64,000 bases of DNA, from IMG/VR virus record IMGVR_UViG_3300007734_000748, positions 769 to 64,768 of that record; one strand, 5' to 3'. The notes beneath the pieces are model-generated. The model searched no databases. It worked only from the letters and a program-made list of their open reading frames with translations, and was not told the DNA's origin. The position numbers were made by a program, and so were the translations under genes. The stretch is from a virus. Its lineage: Duplodnaviria > Caudoviricetes. This document shows, one piece after another, positions 28,416 to 37,080 of this stretch. How positions within the stretch are numbered: position 1 is the first letter of the stretch; every line of letters starts with the position of its first letter.

Positions 28416-28730
28416 TTATGCGCTCCAAGGAAGAGGGGTGTTCTGTGGGCTGACAGGCGGGGTGATCATGCTGTTCAACTGACCTTGTACACATGCCTGT
28501 GCGCTTGCAATCTGTTCAGCGGGAATCCAACCAATGACCGTGGCTTCAGTGAGTTGGTCGTAGGGGATGAATTCCGGGCCTTGCTGGCTGGTGAATTGGG
28601 TGTTGCCGCCGATGAATGCGGTGTATTCCCCGTCCACGCCCGTGACTTGCCACAAAGCATTGACCACATAGTTTGGATCGGGCTGTTGCAAGGTATACAT
28701 GGCCGTGATGGCCGTGGTGAAGGTGGTCAT
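28416..28730 (-). CDS. tail fibre-associated protein
   Basis: FIPYDQLTEATVIGW...PLPW pattern; lies between fibre genes. Confidence 0.65.
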   Translation of the reverse strand: MTTFTTAITAMYTLQQPDPNYVVNALWQVTGVDGEYTAFIGGNTQFTSQQGPEFIPYDQLTEATVIGWIPAEQIASAQACVQGQLNSMITPPVSPQNTPLPWSA

Positions 28731-30004
28731 GCTGATGCTCCGTTGATTTGGGCTTTGAGGCTGTCAACCTCTGCTTTGAGTTCTTGGATGGATTTGACAA
28801 GAACAGGAATCAAAGTGTCTTTGGAAACTCCCAATGATTTTTTTGCTCTTTCCAGTTGAGTGTCATTGTCATTAAATTCAATTTCTTCACCAGTTACAGC
28901 TTCAGGAATGACCTCACGCAACTCTTGAGCAACAAAACCAATTTCATTTTTTTCGTTTGTTGTGTTGTCATATCTTCGTGGTTTTAGTTGCATTACTGCA
29001 TCAAGGCCGTAATTAATATCAACAATGTTTTCTTTTATACGCCTATCCGACACAAAAACCCAAGACGTACCGCCTTGAGCCATGTAAACATAAGTTGTGT
29101 TACTAAATAAATACCAATTTGTATTGGATGCCTCCATATTCCAATACTGAGTTTGCGAACTATTTCTCCAAAGGAATGCGCCACAGGTTGTAGAACTTGT
29201 GCCAACCAAAGACCAATAATATGAACCAGCGTTATACAAACGCGGATTCCCATCTCCATCAGACAGCACGATGTAGTTGTTTGCTGTGCGAATGTCTAAG
29301 CCGCCATAGTTGCCATCGTAACGGCCAAGAATAGTGTTTTTAGTGCCGCTTGTAATTACGTTGCCTGCGCCGTAGCCAATAAAACAGTTGTAGCCACCAG
29401 TAGTGCTATACCCAGCATAACGACCCACAAAAGTATTTTGCCCGTTTGTTGTTGCGCTGTAACCAGCGTTTTGACCAATGTAGACGCTCTCAGCCCCAGT
29501 AGTATTGCTATACCCAGCCTGATAACCTACAGCAGTGTTGTTTGAGGCGGTGGTGTTGGAGAGAAGTGCGGAACGACCAATTGCGGTATTGAAGTTTCCG
29601 GTTGTGTTTAAAGCCAAAGCGGATACGCCAAGAGCTGTGTTTTCAGAGCCGCCATTGTTGGCGTTCATGGCGTTATAGCCAACAGCCGTATTTAGGCTTG
29701 ATGATGTATTTGAGGCAAGCGTCAAAGCGCCAATAGCAGTATTGGTAGAGCCACTCGTATTAGCCGCCAAAGCACTAGCACCCACCGCAGTGTTGGTGGA
29801 CACAGCACCTGCGCCTTTGCCAACTGTCAGGCCGCTGATGGTTGCGTCACTGGTTGTGGTGACCGTAGTAAACGATGGCGAACCACCCGTCACAGCCATC
29901 GTTCCCGATGCTGAAGGTAGCGTCACAGTCACAGAACCTGCGGCTGAAGGGGCTTGCAGGGTAACACTCCCTGACACATCGCCTGAAATTACAACACTTG
30001 ACAT
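28727..30004 (-). CDS. tail fibre with NTAxG beta-helical repeats and S74 chaperone
   Basis: Repeated NTA[VIL]G 17-aa units; VSDRRIKEN and GFVAQEL. Confidence 0.85.
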   Translation of the reverse strand: MSSVVISGDVSGSVTLQAPSAAGSVTVTLPSASGTMAVTGGSPSFTTVTTTSDATISGLTVGKGAGAVSTNTAVGASALAANTSGSTNTAIGALTLASNTSSSLNTAVGYNAMNANNGGSENTALGVSALALNTTGNFNTAIGRSALLSNTTASNNTAVGYQAGYSNTTGAESVYIGQNAGYSATTNGQNTFVGRYAGYSTTGGYNCFIGYGAGNVITSGTKNTILGRYDGNYGGLDIRTANNYIVLSDGDGNPRLYNAGSYYWSLVGTSSTTCGAFLWRNSSQTQYWNMEASNTNWYLFSNTTYVYMAQGGTSWVFVSDRRIKENIVDINYGLDAVMQLKPRRYDNTTNEKNEIGFVAQELREVIPEAVTGEEIEFNDNDTQLERAKKSLGVSKDTLIPVLVKSIQELKAEVDSLKAQINGASA

Positions 30005-30019
30005 ATTAAATCCTTTGTA

Positions 30020-30922
30020 TCACAAAACGACCCAGCGTGAGCCACTGGAAACCGTAACGGCTGCACCACTCGCCACCGTGATTGGCCCTGCTGATGAACC
30101 AGAATACCCCGCCGCAATGGTGTAGCTGGTCGATACCGTCAGGCTGTTCACCACAATCCCGTTGCTTGCCACTGGCACTCTGGCTTGAAGCTCACCAGTG
30201 GATGGTTTGTACAGCAAATAAGCGTTGCCTGTGTACAGGTTCTCTGCCGTGCCTGTTGTTGCCCCAGCAAATACTGGGTACAGATTGCTTGCGGTGCTGG
30301 TGTCATTACTGAGAGCCGATCCACCAATTGATTTCCAAGCTGGAGATGCCCCGCTGTAGCCTTCAAACTGGTTGGTGGTACTGTTGTACCGCATCATGCC
30401 CGTTGCGGGGCTTCCAGGTTGTTGAGCCGTGGTTCCTTTGCTGATTAGCAATGCACCCGTGGAGGTGAAGCTGGAATCAGCCGTTGCGGTCAGGGTGGTA
30501 AATGTTGCCGCCCCGTTGGTGTTGCTCACCTTAACAAAGTCACTGCCGTTCCACGCACAAACTGCATATTCATTGGCAACGATGGTGACCCCGGTGGTTG
30601 GGCCTACCCCTACCAGCTTTATGCTCTGAGTGCTGCCGGTCTTGTTGATGACAATGTATATCTTGGACTGAGCCGGGGCCGTGATGGTGCGGGTAACCGT
30701 GCCACTGGCCGTCCATAGGATGATTGCTTGTCGCGCCTGATTGGATGCAAGGGTGGTGGTGCTGAGTGTTACATCTGCATCAGTTGTCAGCGTGGTCGTG
30801 CCTGCAACAGCAGTGTCCAGCAGCGAGGTGATGCTGTTGTTGACCGTATCGCCCCATGTGCCACTCAACTCTCCCGTGACCGGAAGAGCCAAACCCAATA
30901 GTGATGTTGCTGCTGTCGTCAT
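30020..30922 (-). CDS. proximal tail fibre/structural protein
   Basis: GELSGTWGDTVN N-terminus, GMMRYN...FEGY and terminal VTVSSGSRWVVL. Confidence 0.65.
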   Translation of the reverse strand: MTTAATSLLGLALPVTGELSGTWGDTVNNSITSLLDTAVAGTTTLTTDADVTLSTTTLASNQARQAIILWTASGTVTRTITAPAQSKIYIVINKTGSTQSIKLVGVGPTTGVTIVANEYAVCAWNGSDFVKVSNTNGAATFTTLTATADSSFTSTGALLISKGTTAQQPGSPATGMMRYNSTTNQFEGYSGASPAWKSIGGSALSNDTSTASNLYPVFAGATTGTAENLYTGNAYLLYKPSTGELQARVPVASNGIVVNSLTVSTSYTIAAGYSGSSAGPITVASGAAVTVSSGSRWVVL

Positions 30923-30931
30923 GTTTAAACC

Positions 30932-31873
30932 TCAAGTTACGACTTCTTCCCAAGCTGGACTCTGCTCATCTTGAACATTTCCCCAGCCGGGTGTCTGCGG
31001 GTTGTTGATATTTTGCCACGATGCGGTCTGTGTGTCATCTATGATCTTCCAGTAGACGGCAATCACATCGCCAACTGATCCTGTTGCGTTTACACCGGTT
31101 AAGGCCAGCGTTCTTGCAGCAATTGATACAGACCCAACTGCCGCATCTGCCGACACCCCGGACAAGGCAATCGACACCTCTTTGATAACTGTGCCAACTT
31201 CTCCTGCGGCTGTGTTTGGCAAGAGAGGAACAATGACACCGCCCGGGTAACCAAAACCCAAAACGCCAGGGAGTTCAATATCTGCGCTCTGAACAACTGT
31301 GCCAACATCTCCTGCTGCTGAAACACCTGTTAAAGCTTTGTTCTTGTCTGCCGCAACAGTTCCAACTTCACCAGAAGCCAAAACGCCCGTTAGAGCTACC
31401 GACATGGCCGGAACAACTGACCCAGCAGCACCTGAGGCTAAATTGCCCGCCAGTTCAATATCTTTGCCAGGAGCAAGCGATCCAACCGATCCAGACGCTA
31501 AAACACCTGTCAACGCCTTGGTAAGGGTAACCCCTACATCGCCAACATAGCCATATGCAACATCGCCGTCTTCGCCTTCGGATGTGCTGGGAGCCATTGT
31601 CCCAACCGCACCAGAGGCCAAAACCCCCGATATGGCTATTTCTCTGTCTGCCGATACCGTTCCAACAGCGCCTGAGGCGGTGGCTCCTGTCAGGGCCACG
31701 GCCATGGTTGGCACAACAGTGCCAACTTCCCCAGCCGCCGTTACACCAGCAAGCTGAAACGCTTTTTCAAACGCAACTGTGCCAACGGCCCCGGTTGCAT
31801 CATCCCCGGTGAGGATGGTTTCGCCGTTGCCCCAAGTGCCGTAGCCCCAAGCGCCAACGCCCCACCCGGCCAT
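30932..31873 (-). CDS. structural protein with ~21-aa ALxGVxAxGxVG repeats
   Basis: About a dozen imperfect repeats; N-terminal WGxGxWG motif. Confidence 0.7.
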   Translation of the reverse strand: MAGWGVGAWGYGTWGNGETILTGDDATGAVGTVAFEKAFQLAGVTAAGEVGTVVPTMAVALTGATASGAVGTVSADREIAISGVLASGAVGTMAPSTSEGEDGDVAYGYVGDVGVTLTKALTGVLASGSVGSLAPGKDIELAGNLASGAAGSVVPAMSVALTGVLASGEVGTVAADKNKALTGVSAAGDVGTVVQSADIELPGVLGFGYPGGVIVPLLPNTAAGEVGTVIKEVSIALSGVSADAAVGSVSIAARTLALTGVNATGSVGDVIAVYWKIIDDTQTASWQNINNPQTPGWGNVQDEQSPAWEEVVT

Positions 31874-31884
31874 GATCTACCCCT

Positions 31885-32361
31885 TTAGGTGGTAGCCAAG
31901 CGCAACAGAGCAGTCGAAGTCGTGTTGGAAGGCATCGTCAAGGTGAAGGTTCCAGCAGTGATTGTCTGGGAGCCAAAGGTGTGGACACTGACCGCCTTGT
32001 TGCTTTGTGTTGAGTTATAGATTAACACCGCATCAAACGCCGTGGACAAAGTCACCGTGGTGTAAGTGATTGATGCCGAAGGAGTCCAATACGCCACGCC
32101 AGCAGTAGCCGAAGAGTTCGTGGAGGCTGGAACAGTGGCATTGGTTACCGTTACGCCGCCAGCAGAGTAGTTTGTGCCAGTTACTTCGCCAGTGGCCGTA
32201 TAGGCCGTAGTGGAGGCATTGATCGTGGCTGAAGTTAGATACAAAGCCGCTTTAAACGTGTCAGCCGTGGTAGCTGCACGAACTGGAGCAACGCCAAAGT
32301 TGTGGGTTGCGGTCAGCACTTCGCCTAAAAACGAAGTGGTCATTGCTTGTGTGTTTGCCAT
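31885..32361 (-). CDS. structural protein (paralog of 32563-32979)
   Basis: FKAALY...LIYNS...F.G..T...FT.TMP. Confidence 0.7.
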   Translation of the reverse strand: MANTQAMTTSFLGEVLTATHNFGVAPVRAATTADTFKAALYLTSATINASTTAYTATGEVTGTNYSAGGVTVTNATVPASTNSSATAGVAYWTPSASITYTTVTLSTAFDAVLIYNSTQSNKAVSVHTFGSQTITAGTFTLTMPSNTTSTALLRLATT

Positions 32362-32371
32362 GATGTTTCCT

Positions 32372-32566
32372 TTAGCCTATAGATGCGGCTTCAGCGCCAG
32401 CAAAAACTGGCATTTTCTTTAACTGAACATGAACGGAACGGTGAACCAATTCACCCTCCAGCCAATACTCAACCCAGGTGGTCAATTCATTGTCATTGTC
32501 CACGGTTCCCTCTCGCTTTTCAAGCAGGGAATCGTCCATTTCGCCTTTGGTGGTCGTGACTATCAA
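32372..32566 (-). CDS. hypothetical protein
   Basis: MIVTTTKGEMDDSLL...WVEYWLEGELVHRS; AGGAG RBS, TTG start. Confidence 0.7.
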   Translation of the reverse strand: MIVTTTKGEMDDSLLEKREGTVDNDNELTTWVEYWLEGELVHRSVHVQLKKMPVFAGAEAASIG

Positions 32567-32979
32567 TTTGAACTCCTGATCAGTGCTGTGGTTGATGTGT
32601 TGGCTGGCATTGTGATTAAGAAGGTGGTGACTGATGTCTTGTCTGACCCAAAGTCCAGCACTGCCACCGATTTGTCACCCTTGCTTGAGTTGTAGATCAA
32701 AGCACACCGGGCCGTCAGGGCCGCTGTCCAAGATACATTGTCAAACCCCACATATGCCGTAGACCCAGATGTGCTGACCGTGATCCCGGTCATTGTCGCC
32801 CCGCCAGCGGTGTATCCCGTGGCAGACACCTCATTGGTGCTGCTGTAAACGGTGGTATCAGCGTTTAAATTAGCATTGGCCGTGTACAGGGCAATCTTGA
32901 TCACATCCGTGGTCAAGTCATGGATGCCTTGATAAAGCTGCGCTTTAAAGCTGGTGGTCTGGGTTTGGACAATACTCAC
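32563..32979 (-). CDS. structural protein
   Basis: IKIALYT...LIYNSS...VLDFG; paralog of 31885-32361. Confidence 0.7.
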   Translation of the reverse strand: MSIVQTQTTSFKAQLYQGIHDLTTDVIKIALYTANANLNADTTVYSSTNEVSATGYTAGGATMTGITVSTSGSTAYVGFDNVSWTAALTARCALIYNSSKGDKSVAVLDFGSDKTSVTTFLITMPANTSTTALIRSSN

Positions 32980-33635
32980 GATACAGAGACCCTCACCTGA
33001 CCATCACGGTAAGCATCCATACGCTGTTTGCCGTCACCCAAGTTCTTGAGCAGAGCAATTGATTGGACATACCGATCATTGACCAGCTTGACCATATCAG
33101 GCTCACCCTTCATGTAGGTGTAAGCCTCGCACAGAGTCCCATACAACAGCGCAGAATCAAAGTTGTCGCCCAACCAAGTGGTTGAAGCAGTCACAATGGA
33201 TTCCGGGTAGTAGTAATAATGAAGCTCAGTGGAATACTGAACATCTGGAGTTGGACCAAGAATAAACGACAGTTCATTGACATTGGTGGATTGGGGGCCA
33301 AAGATGGCGTAATGCTTGGGCGTACCCGTTGTGGCCGGGTTGGGGTATGCATCCCGCATGAAGTTCACATCCTTGTTGAGCAAGTAGATGTAGCTTCCAC
33401 CACCATTTGGGTAAACGGCAATCGAATACACAGACAGAAAATCATCCGGGCATGACAAGTACTTATTGCCAGACGTGATTGTCCCCGTCACGTTCTTACG
33501 CAAGTTTGCAATCTGAACCGTGTTGTATATACGCTGTTCAGCCTGCTTGATCATTGTGTTCATGTCCGTTGTATTGAACGTGTTTTCACAATAATCGCTG
33601 ACCGCGACTACAAGCTGGGCGTAAGTCATTGCCAT
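32976..33635 (-). CDS. head-tail adaptor/tail tubular A-like protein
   Basis: QAEQRI, GTPKHYA, GPTPD and LLYGTL.EAY motifs. Confidence 0.7.
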   Translation of the reverse strand: MAMTYAQLVVAVSDYCENTFNTTDMNTMIKQAEQRIYNTVQIANLRKNVTGTITSGNKYLSCPDDFLSVYSIAVYPNGGGSYIYLLNKDVNFMRDAYPNPATTGTPKHYAIFGPQSTNVNELSFILGPTPDVQYSTELHYYYYPESIVTASTTWLGDNFDSALLYGTLCEAYTYMKGEPDMVKLVNDRYVQSIALLKNLGDGKQRMDAYRDGQVRVSVS

Positions 33636-33642
33636 AGAAACC

Positions 33643-33894
33643 TCAACCCATTGGGCCTCTGGACATCACACCTTTGGTGGCCGCGCCAGCACCACGCATT
33701 TTGATGCCGCTGGTCTTGACTTCGTCATTGATGCCAATGCTTACGCCATCCATAGGGGTCCAATCCGCTTTACGGCTAATTGGGTCTTTGGGGCGCATGG
33801 CAACACCGGGCTTGCCGTCCATGGTGTGGGGTTGAGCGTAGACGCTGGCAGAACCAACTTCTTTACCCATCATCTTTTTGCTGAATGTAGCCAT
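33643..33894 (-). CDS. small basic protein
   Basis: Ends in GIKMRGAGAATKGVMSRGPMG. Confidence 0.7.
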   Translation of the reverse strand: MATFSKKMMGKEVGSASVYAQPHTMDGKPGVAMRPKDPISRKADWTPMDGVSIGINDEVKTSGIKMRGAGAATKGVMSRGPMG

Positions 33895-34070
33895 TATTTG
33901 CTCCCAGATTTCTGGTTCATCGCACGAGAAAGATTTTTCCCGTATTTTTTACGATCCATGCTGGTGGGGCCACCCTTTTTCATGCCTTTGGCATGCATGC
34001 GGGATTCGTGGCCTTTGACAGCCTTGTTGGCTTCGGTGTCGGCAATTGCCTTGACTTGCTTCTTGTCCAT
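33894..34070 (-). CDS. small basic protein
   Basis: Hand-translated MDKKQVKAIADTEANKAVKGHESRMHAKGMKKGGPTSMDRKKYGKNLSRAMNQKSGSK; AGGAG RBS. Confidence 0.7.
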   Translation of the reverse strand: MDKKQVKAIADTEANKAVKGHESRMHAKGMKKGGPTSMDRKKYGKNLSRAMNQKSGSK

Positions 34071-34078
34071 GTTTGCTC

Positions 34079-34468
34079 CTAAGTTACGCTTACCGTTACT
34101 GTACCAACACTTGTCGTTGCCACCAAGTAGTTTGGCGTTAAATCCACATCAAAGAAGCTAGACCCGCCCACCGGTCTCCAGCCCCATTGAATATCTCTTG
34201 ACCCGCCAGACGGGTATCCATCCACGTTAATACCCGAAGTCACATAGGTCGTATCTGGACGCGGTTGACGAACTGCTTGAGGATCATCCACCGGATACAT
34301 GCCCAACTGTAACTGCGGTTGGTCTGGGTCCCAGCATTCTGGGCACACCTTGATCTGGAACAGCTTGGTCTTAATGACCTCGTTCTTAAGCTGTTTGAGT
34401 TTAAAACGCTGCCCGCACCGATCGCACTCGGCAATTGAAAACTTGCCAGAGGAAAACCGATTACCCAT
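34079..34468 (-). CDS. zinc-ribbon protein
   Basis: CDRCG...CPECWD...PRPD. Confidence 0.75.
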   Translation of the reverse strand: MGNRFSSGKFSIAECDRCGQRFKLKQLKNEVIKTKLFQIKVCPECWDPDQPQLQLGMYPVDDPQAVRQPRPDTTYVTSGINVDGYPSGGSRDIQWGWRPVGGSSFFDVDLTPNYLVATTSVGTVTVSVT

Positions 34469-35400
34469 TACGGAGTGCTCCCCCCAATAAAGGCTTGTCT
34501 GGGCACTAAGCGGATTGCCGCTTTCTCATGATCTTCACCTGCGGCAAGGTTGAATTGCTCGTCATAGACCGCTTTTAGCATGTCCATGCGTCCTTGCAGT
34601 TCAGGAACTTTCATCGCAATGTAGTACGCCAAGCCCGCCACAACACAAGGCAGGAAACGGAAATTCATGTCAGCAGTCTCTACGCCAGCACCAGCGTCTT
34701 GAACGCGACGCATTCGGTAGTAGACAAATTCGTACGAGGTAGACCCATCAGGGGTTGGCCACACAGTCACAGCGGGTAGCTGGGGCACATAGACGGCTGT
34801 TGAGGCGGTGTGAGCCGCTGCCGTGGTGTTGTTTTGCCCGCGAAACACGCTGTTCAGAGTATTCCCGGAAATATAGCCGTAGTACATGGTCTCGTTGTTC
34901 AGCTTGATGTAGCCAGATGATGCGAGTCCTACAACAGAACTTAGGGTAACAGTAGTATCTGTACTAGAAATTGAGGTTGCCAATGTCAATGTGGTTGAAC
35001 CGGTCTCACCAGATAGACGCTGAATCCAGACCTGAATAGGCCGGGCTTGGGTTAATTTGTTGGGAATCGTGGCATAAGTAGAAACACTAATACGCGTGAT
35101 GGACAGGTCAGCTTGGGTAGTGGCGCTGTTACCGCCCGTGCGAATCACATGATCCAACAAGTCAATAGTATCCAATGGCAGCGGATAAGTATTCAATCCC
35201 TGCACCAGCGGGAAAGACCCAGCCTCAATCGTCCACATGTTTAGGCCACGATTGGCCCACTCAATGGTCATCAGGTTCATGGATCTGCGTGCGGTACGCA
35301 AATCGTAACCAGAACGCATTTCACGGCCAGCCCTCTCCCACGCTTCCTCAGCAATCTCCGTGAAGTCAGGGTTGAACAATGTAGCGCCGGTTGTGGTCAT
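34468..35400 (-). CDS. head-tail connector/adaptor-like protein
   Basis: ARRSMNL...EWANRGLN, VWPTPD and GLAYYIA. Confidence 0.65.
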   Translation of the reverse strand: MTTTGATLFNPDFTEIAEEAWERAGREMRSGYDLRTARRSMNLMTIEWANRGLNMWTIEAGSFPLVQGLNTYPLPLDTIDLLDHVIRTGGNSATTQADLSITRISVSTYATIPNKLTQARPIQVWIQRLSGETGSTTLTLATSISSTDTTVTLSSVVGLASSGYIKLNNETMYYGYISGNTLNSVFRGQNNTTAAAHTASTAVYVPQLPAVTVWPTPDGSTSYEFVYYRMRRVQDAGAGVETADMNFRFLPCVVAGLAYYIAMKVPELQGRMDMLKAVYDEQFNLAAGEDHEKAAIRLVPRQAFIGGSTP

Positions 35401-35630
35401 CTAAATCCTGCCGTTTTCTTTGCTATTGCTTTGGGTTGAGCCACAAACTGTTTACCCGCCGCCTTACCTTTTCGTTTGGCCTTGGTGGTTGCTGCGTACT
35501 CGGCAGGAGACAAAGACTTGATTGCCGCTTCAGGTAAGTATCGCTCACCTGTTTTTGACGAAGGCTTTCCCGACTTGGTACGCCATTTCTGGTCGCCCCA
35601 GTTTTTCAGGGAAGTCTGCGGTGCTTTCAA
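35397..35630 (-). CDS. basic protein resembling the C-half of DUF5872
   Basis: QTSLKNWGDQKWRTKSG...ERYLPEAA. Confidence 0.65.
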   Translation of the reverse strand: MKAPQTSLKNWGDQKWRTKSGKPSSKTGERYLPEAAIKSLSPAEYAATTKAKRKGKAAGKQFVAQPKAIAKKTAGFR

Positions 35631-35902
35631 TCTTTGTATCCCCCACCTGCGGCCTTGTACTTCTTGGCTACCAACTGTGCTTTACGGGCGGACCATTTTC
35701 CAGCGCCTGTCCCTTGTGTAGCTGCGGCCTTTACTTGAGACACAATCTTCTTGCGAAGACCGGGTTTGGTGTAGTTTCCAGCCGCATTTACCGTTCCACC
35801 TTCTTTGTACTCGGTAAAATCGGTGTCATCTCGTCGTGCTTTTCGCACGCCTTTAGGCATCTTGGACGGGTTAATATCACCCATGCCACGGCTGGACATC
35901 AT
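35627..35902 (-). CDS. basic protein resembling the N-half of DUF5872
   Basis: NYTKPGLR...GKWSARKAQL...YKAAGGGY. Confidence 0.7.
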   Translation of the reverse strand: MMSSRGMGDINPSKMPKGVRKARRDDTDFTEYKEGGTVNAAGNYTKPGLRKKIVSQVKAAATQGTGAGKWSARKAQLVAKKYKAAGGGYKD

Positions 35903-36210
35903 ACAAACTTACCCCGAGTTTTACCGCGCTCAGCACAGCCATCAGCACGGCTGGAAGCGGTCATACCACCCTTTTTATAGGTGTCGCCCATCGCGTTTGT
36001 ACGTGAAGCTTGGTCAACACGAGCAGCGGATTCAGCAGCGTCAGACTTAATTTTGTCTACCTCCGCACGCGTGAACCCCATACGCCCAGACTCTTTTTTT
36101 AGCTTACCAAACGTTGTGTCAGCTTCGGGCATGGCTTTGTTATAAGCCTTCTCAGCCTTCTTTGACGCTTTATCTTCCGCTACATCTTCCGGGGTCATGT
36201 ATTTAGGCAT
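35899..36210 (-). CDS. small basic protein
   Basis: Ends in YKKGG...SRADGCAERGKTRG. Confidence 0.7.
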   Translation of the reverse strand: MPKYMTPEDVAEDKASKKAEKAYNKAMPEADTTFGKLKKESGRMGFTRAEVDKIKSDAAESAARVDQASRTNAMGDTYKKGGMTASSRADGCAERGKTRGKFV

Positions 36211-36220
36211 AATTTACCTT

Positions 36221-36598
36221 TCAGCAGGCCATGCCGCCCTTGTTCATTTTGATTTGTTTGGCTTTGGTTTTGCCCTTTTGGGCAATGCCGTCAGCCGAAC
36301 GAGTAAAGCCGCCAGCAGCCATTTTCTTGGCTGCGCCGCCGCGTTTCATGCCCATCATCTCGGCTTTTTCATGCTTGACCATAGAAGCAGGAGCGCCTTT
36401 TTTCTTCATAAAGGCCACTTCTTTACCAACCATCGCTTTAGATTCTTTCATGTCACCACCTCGTGAGAATGTTTTGCCTTTATCGGCGTTGCTGAACTCT
36501 TTTCCCACGGACTGTGGGACTCCTGCCTTCTTGGCGAACGATGGATTGTGAGCCACCGCCTCCATGAATCTGTGTTGCTTTGCGCTATGAGAGGGCAC
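36221..36598 (-). CDS. small basic protein
   Basis: MPSHSAKQHRFM...; three xxxGG motifs; RSADGIAQKGKT. Confidence 0.7.
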   Translation of the reverse strand: MPSHSAKQHRFMEAVAHNPSFAKKAGVPQSVGKEFSNADKGKTFSRGGDMKESKAMVGKEVAFMKKKGAPASMVKHEKAEMMGMKRGGAAKKMAAGGFTRSADGIAQKGKTKAKQIKMNKGGMAC

Positions 36599-36833
36599 TT
36601 CGCTGCTCCTTCATAAACATGTCGATCTTGGTTTCCAACCGGTCCAACCGGTCTATGATTCGATTGATGTCTGTGTGCAAATCTACTTTGGTTACGTATT
36701 CTCTGGCAATTTCTTCGCGGGTGCGATTGAGCAAAATTTGAAGGCGATTGATCTCCTCAGACTTCTCCCGCAAAGACCAGCCTAACACCCCCAAAAAGGC
36801 TGTCAGAACCATGTTCCAGAGAGTTATCTCCAT
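36585..36833 (-). CDS. membrane-anchored coiled-coil protein
   Basis: N-terminal TM, YVTK.D and RLDRLETKID. Confidence 0.7.
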   Translation of the reverse strand: MEITLWNMVLTAFLGVLGWSLREKSEEINRLQILLNRTREEIAREYVTKVDLHTDINRIIDRLDRLETKIDMFMKEQRSALS

Positions 36834-36834
36834 G

Positions 36835-37080
36835 TCAGCACTTCCAAGCCCGCAGGCTTTTGTTAATACGTGAATCCGGGTCTTTGGCCGTCTTGGCGCT
36901 GGTCAGCTTCTTCTTCATGCCTTCCATCCTGGCGCAAAAAGAGTCGCGCCTGCTGCCGCCCTCTGGCTGTGGAGGCTTCAGATTCATCCCTTGCTTTTTT
37001 GCAGAGGCTCGGCCTTTGGCGTTCAAGCCACCACTGGGATTCTTGCCTTCTTTGCGTTGCCATGCTGGTGACTTAGCCAT
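36835..37080 (-). CDS. DUF6321-like basic protein
   Basis: GGLNAKGRAS...RRDSFCARM...SLRAWKC. Confidence 0.7.
   Translation of the reverse strand: MAKSPAWQRKEGKNPSGGLNAKGRASAKKQGMNLKPPQPEGGSRRDSFCARMEGMKKKLTSAKTAKDPDSRINKSLRAWKC

Noticed and set aside
25951-30004. Diversity-generating retroelement acting on the tail fibres
   Set aside because: I recognised no reverse transcriptase and saw no TR/VR pair with adenine-specific differences
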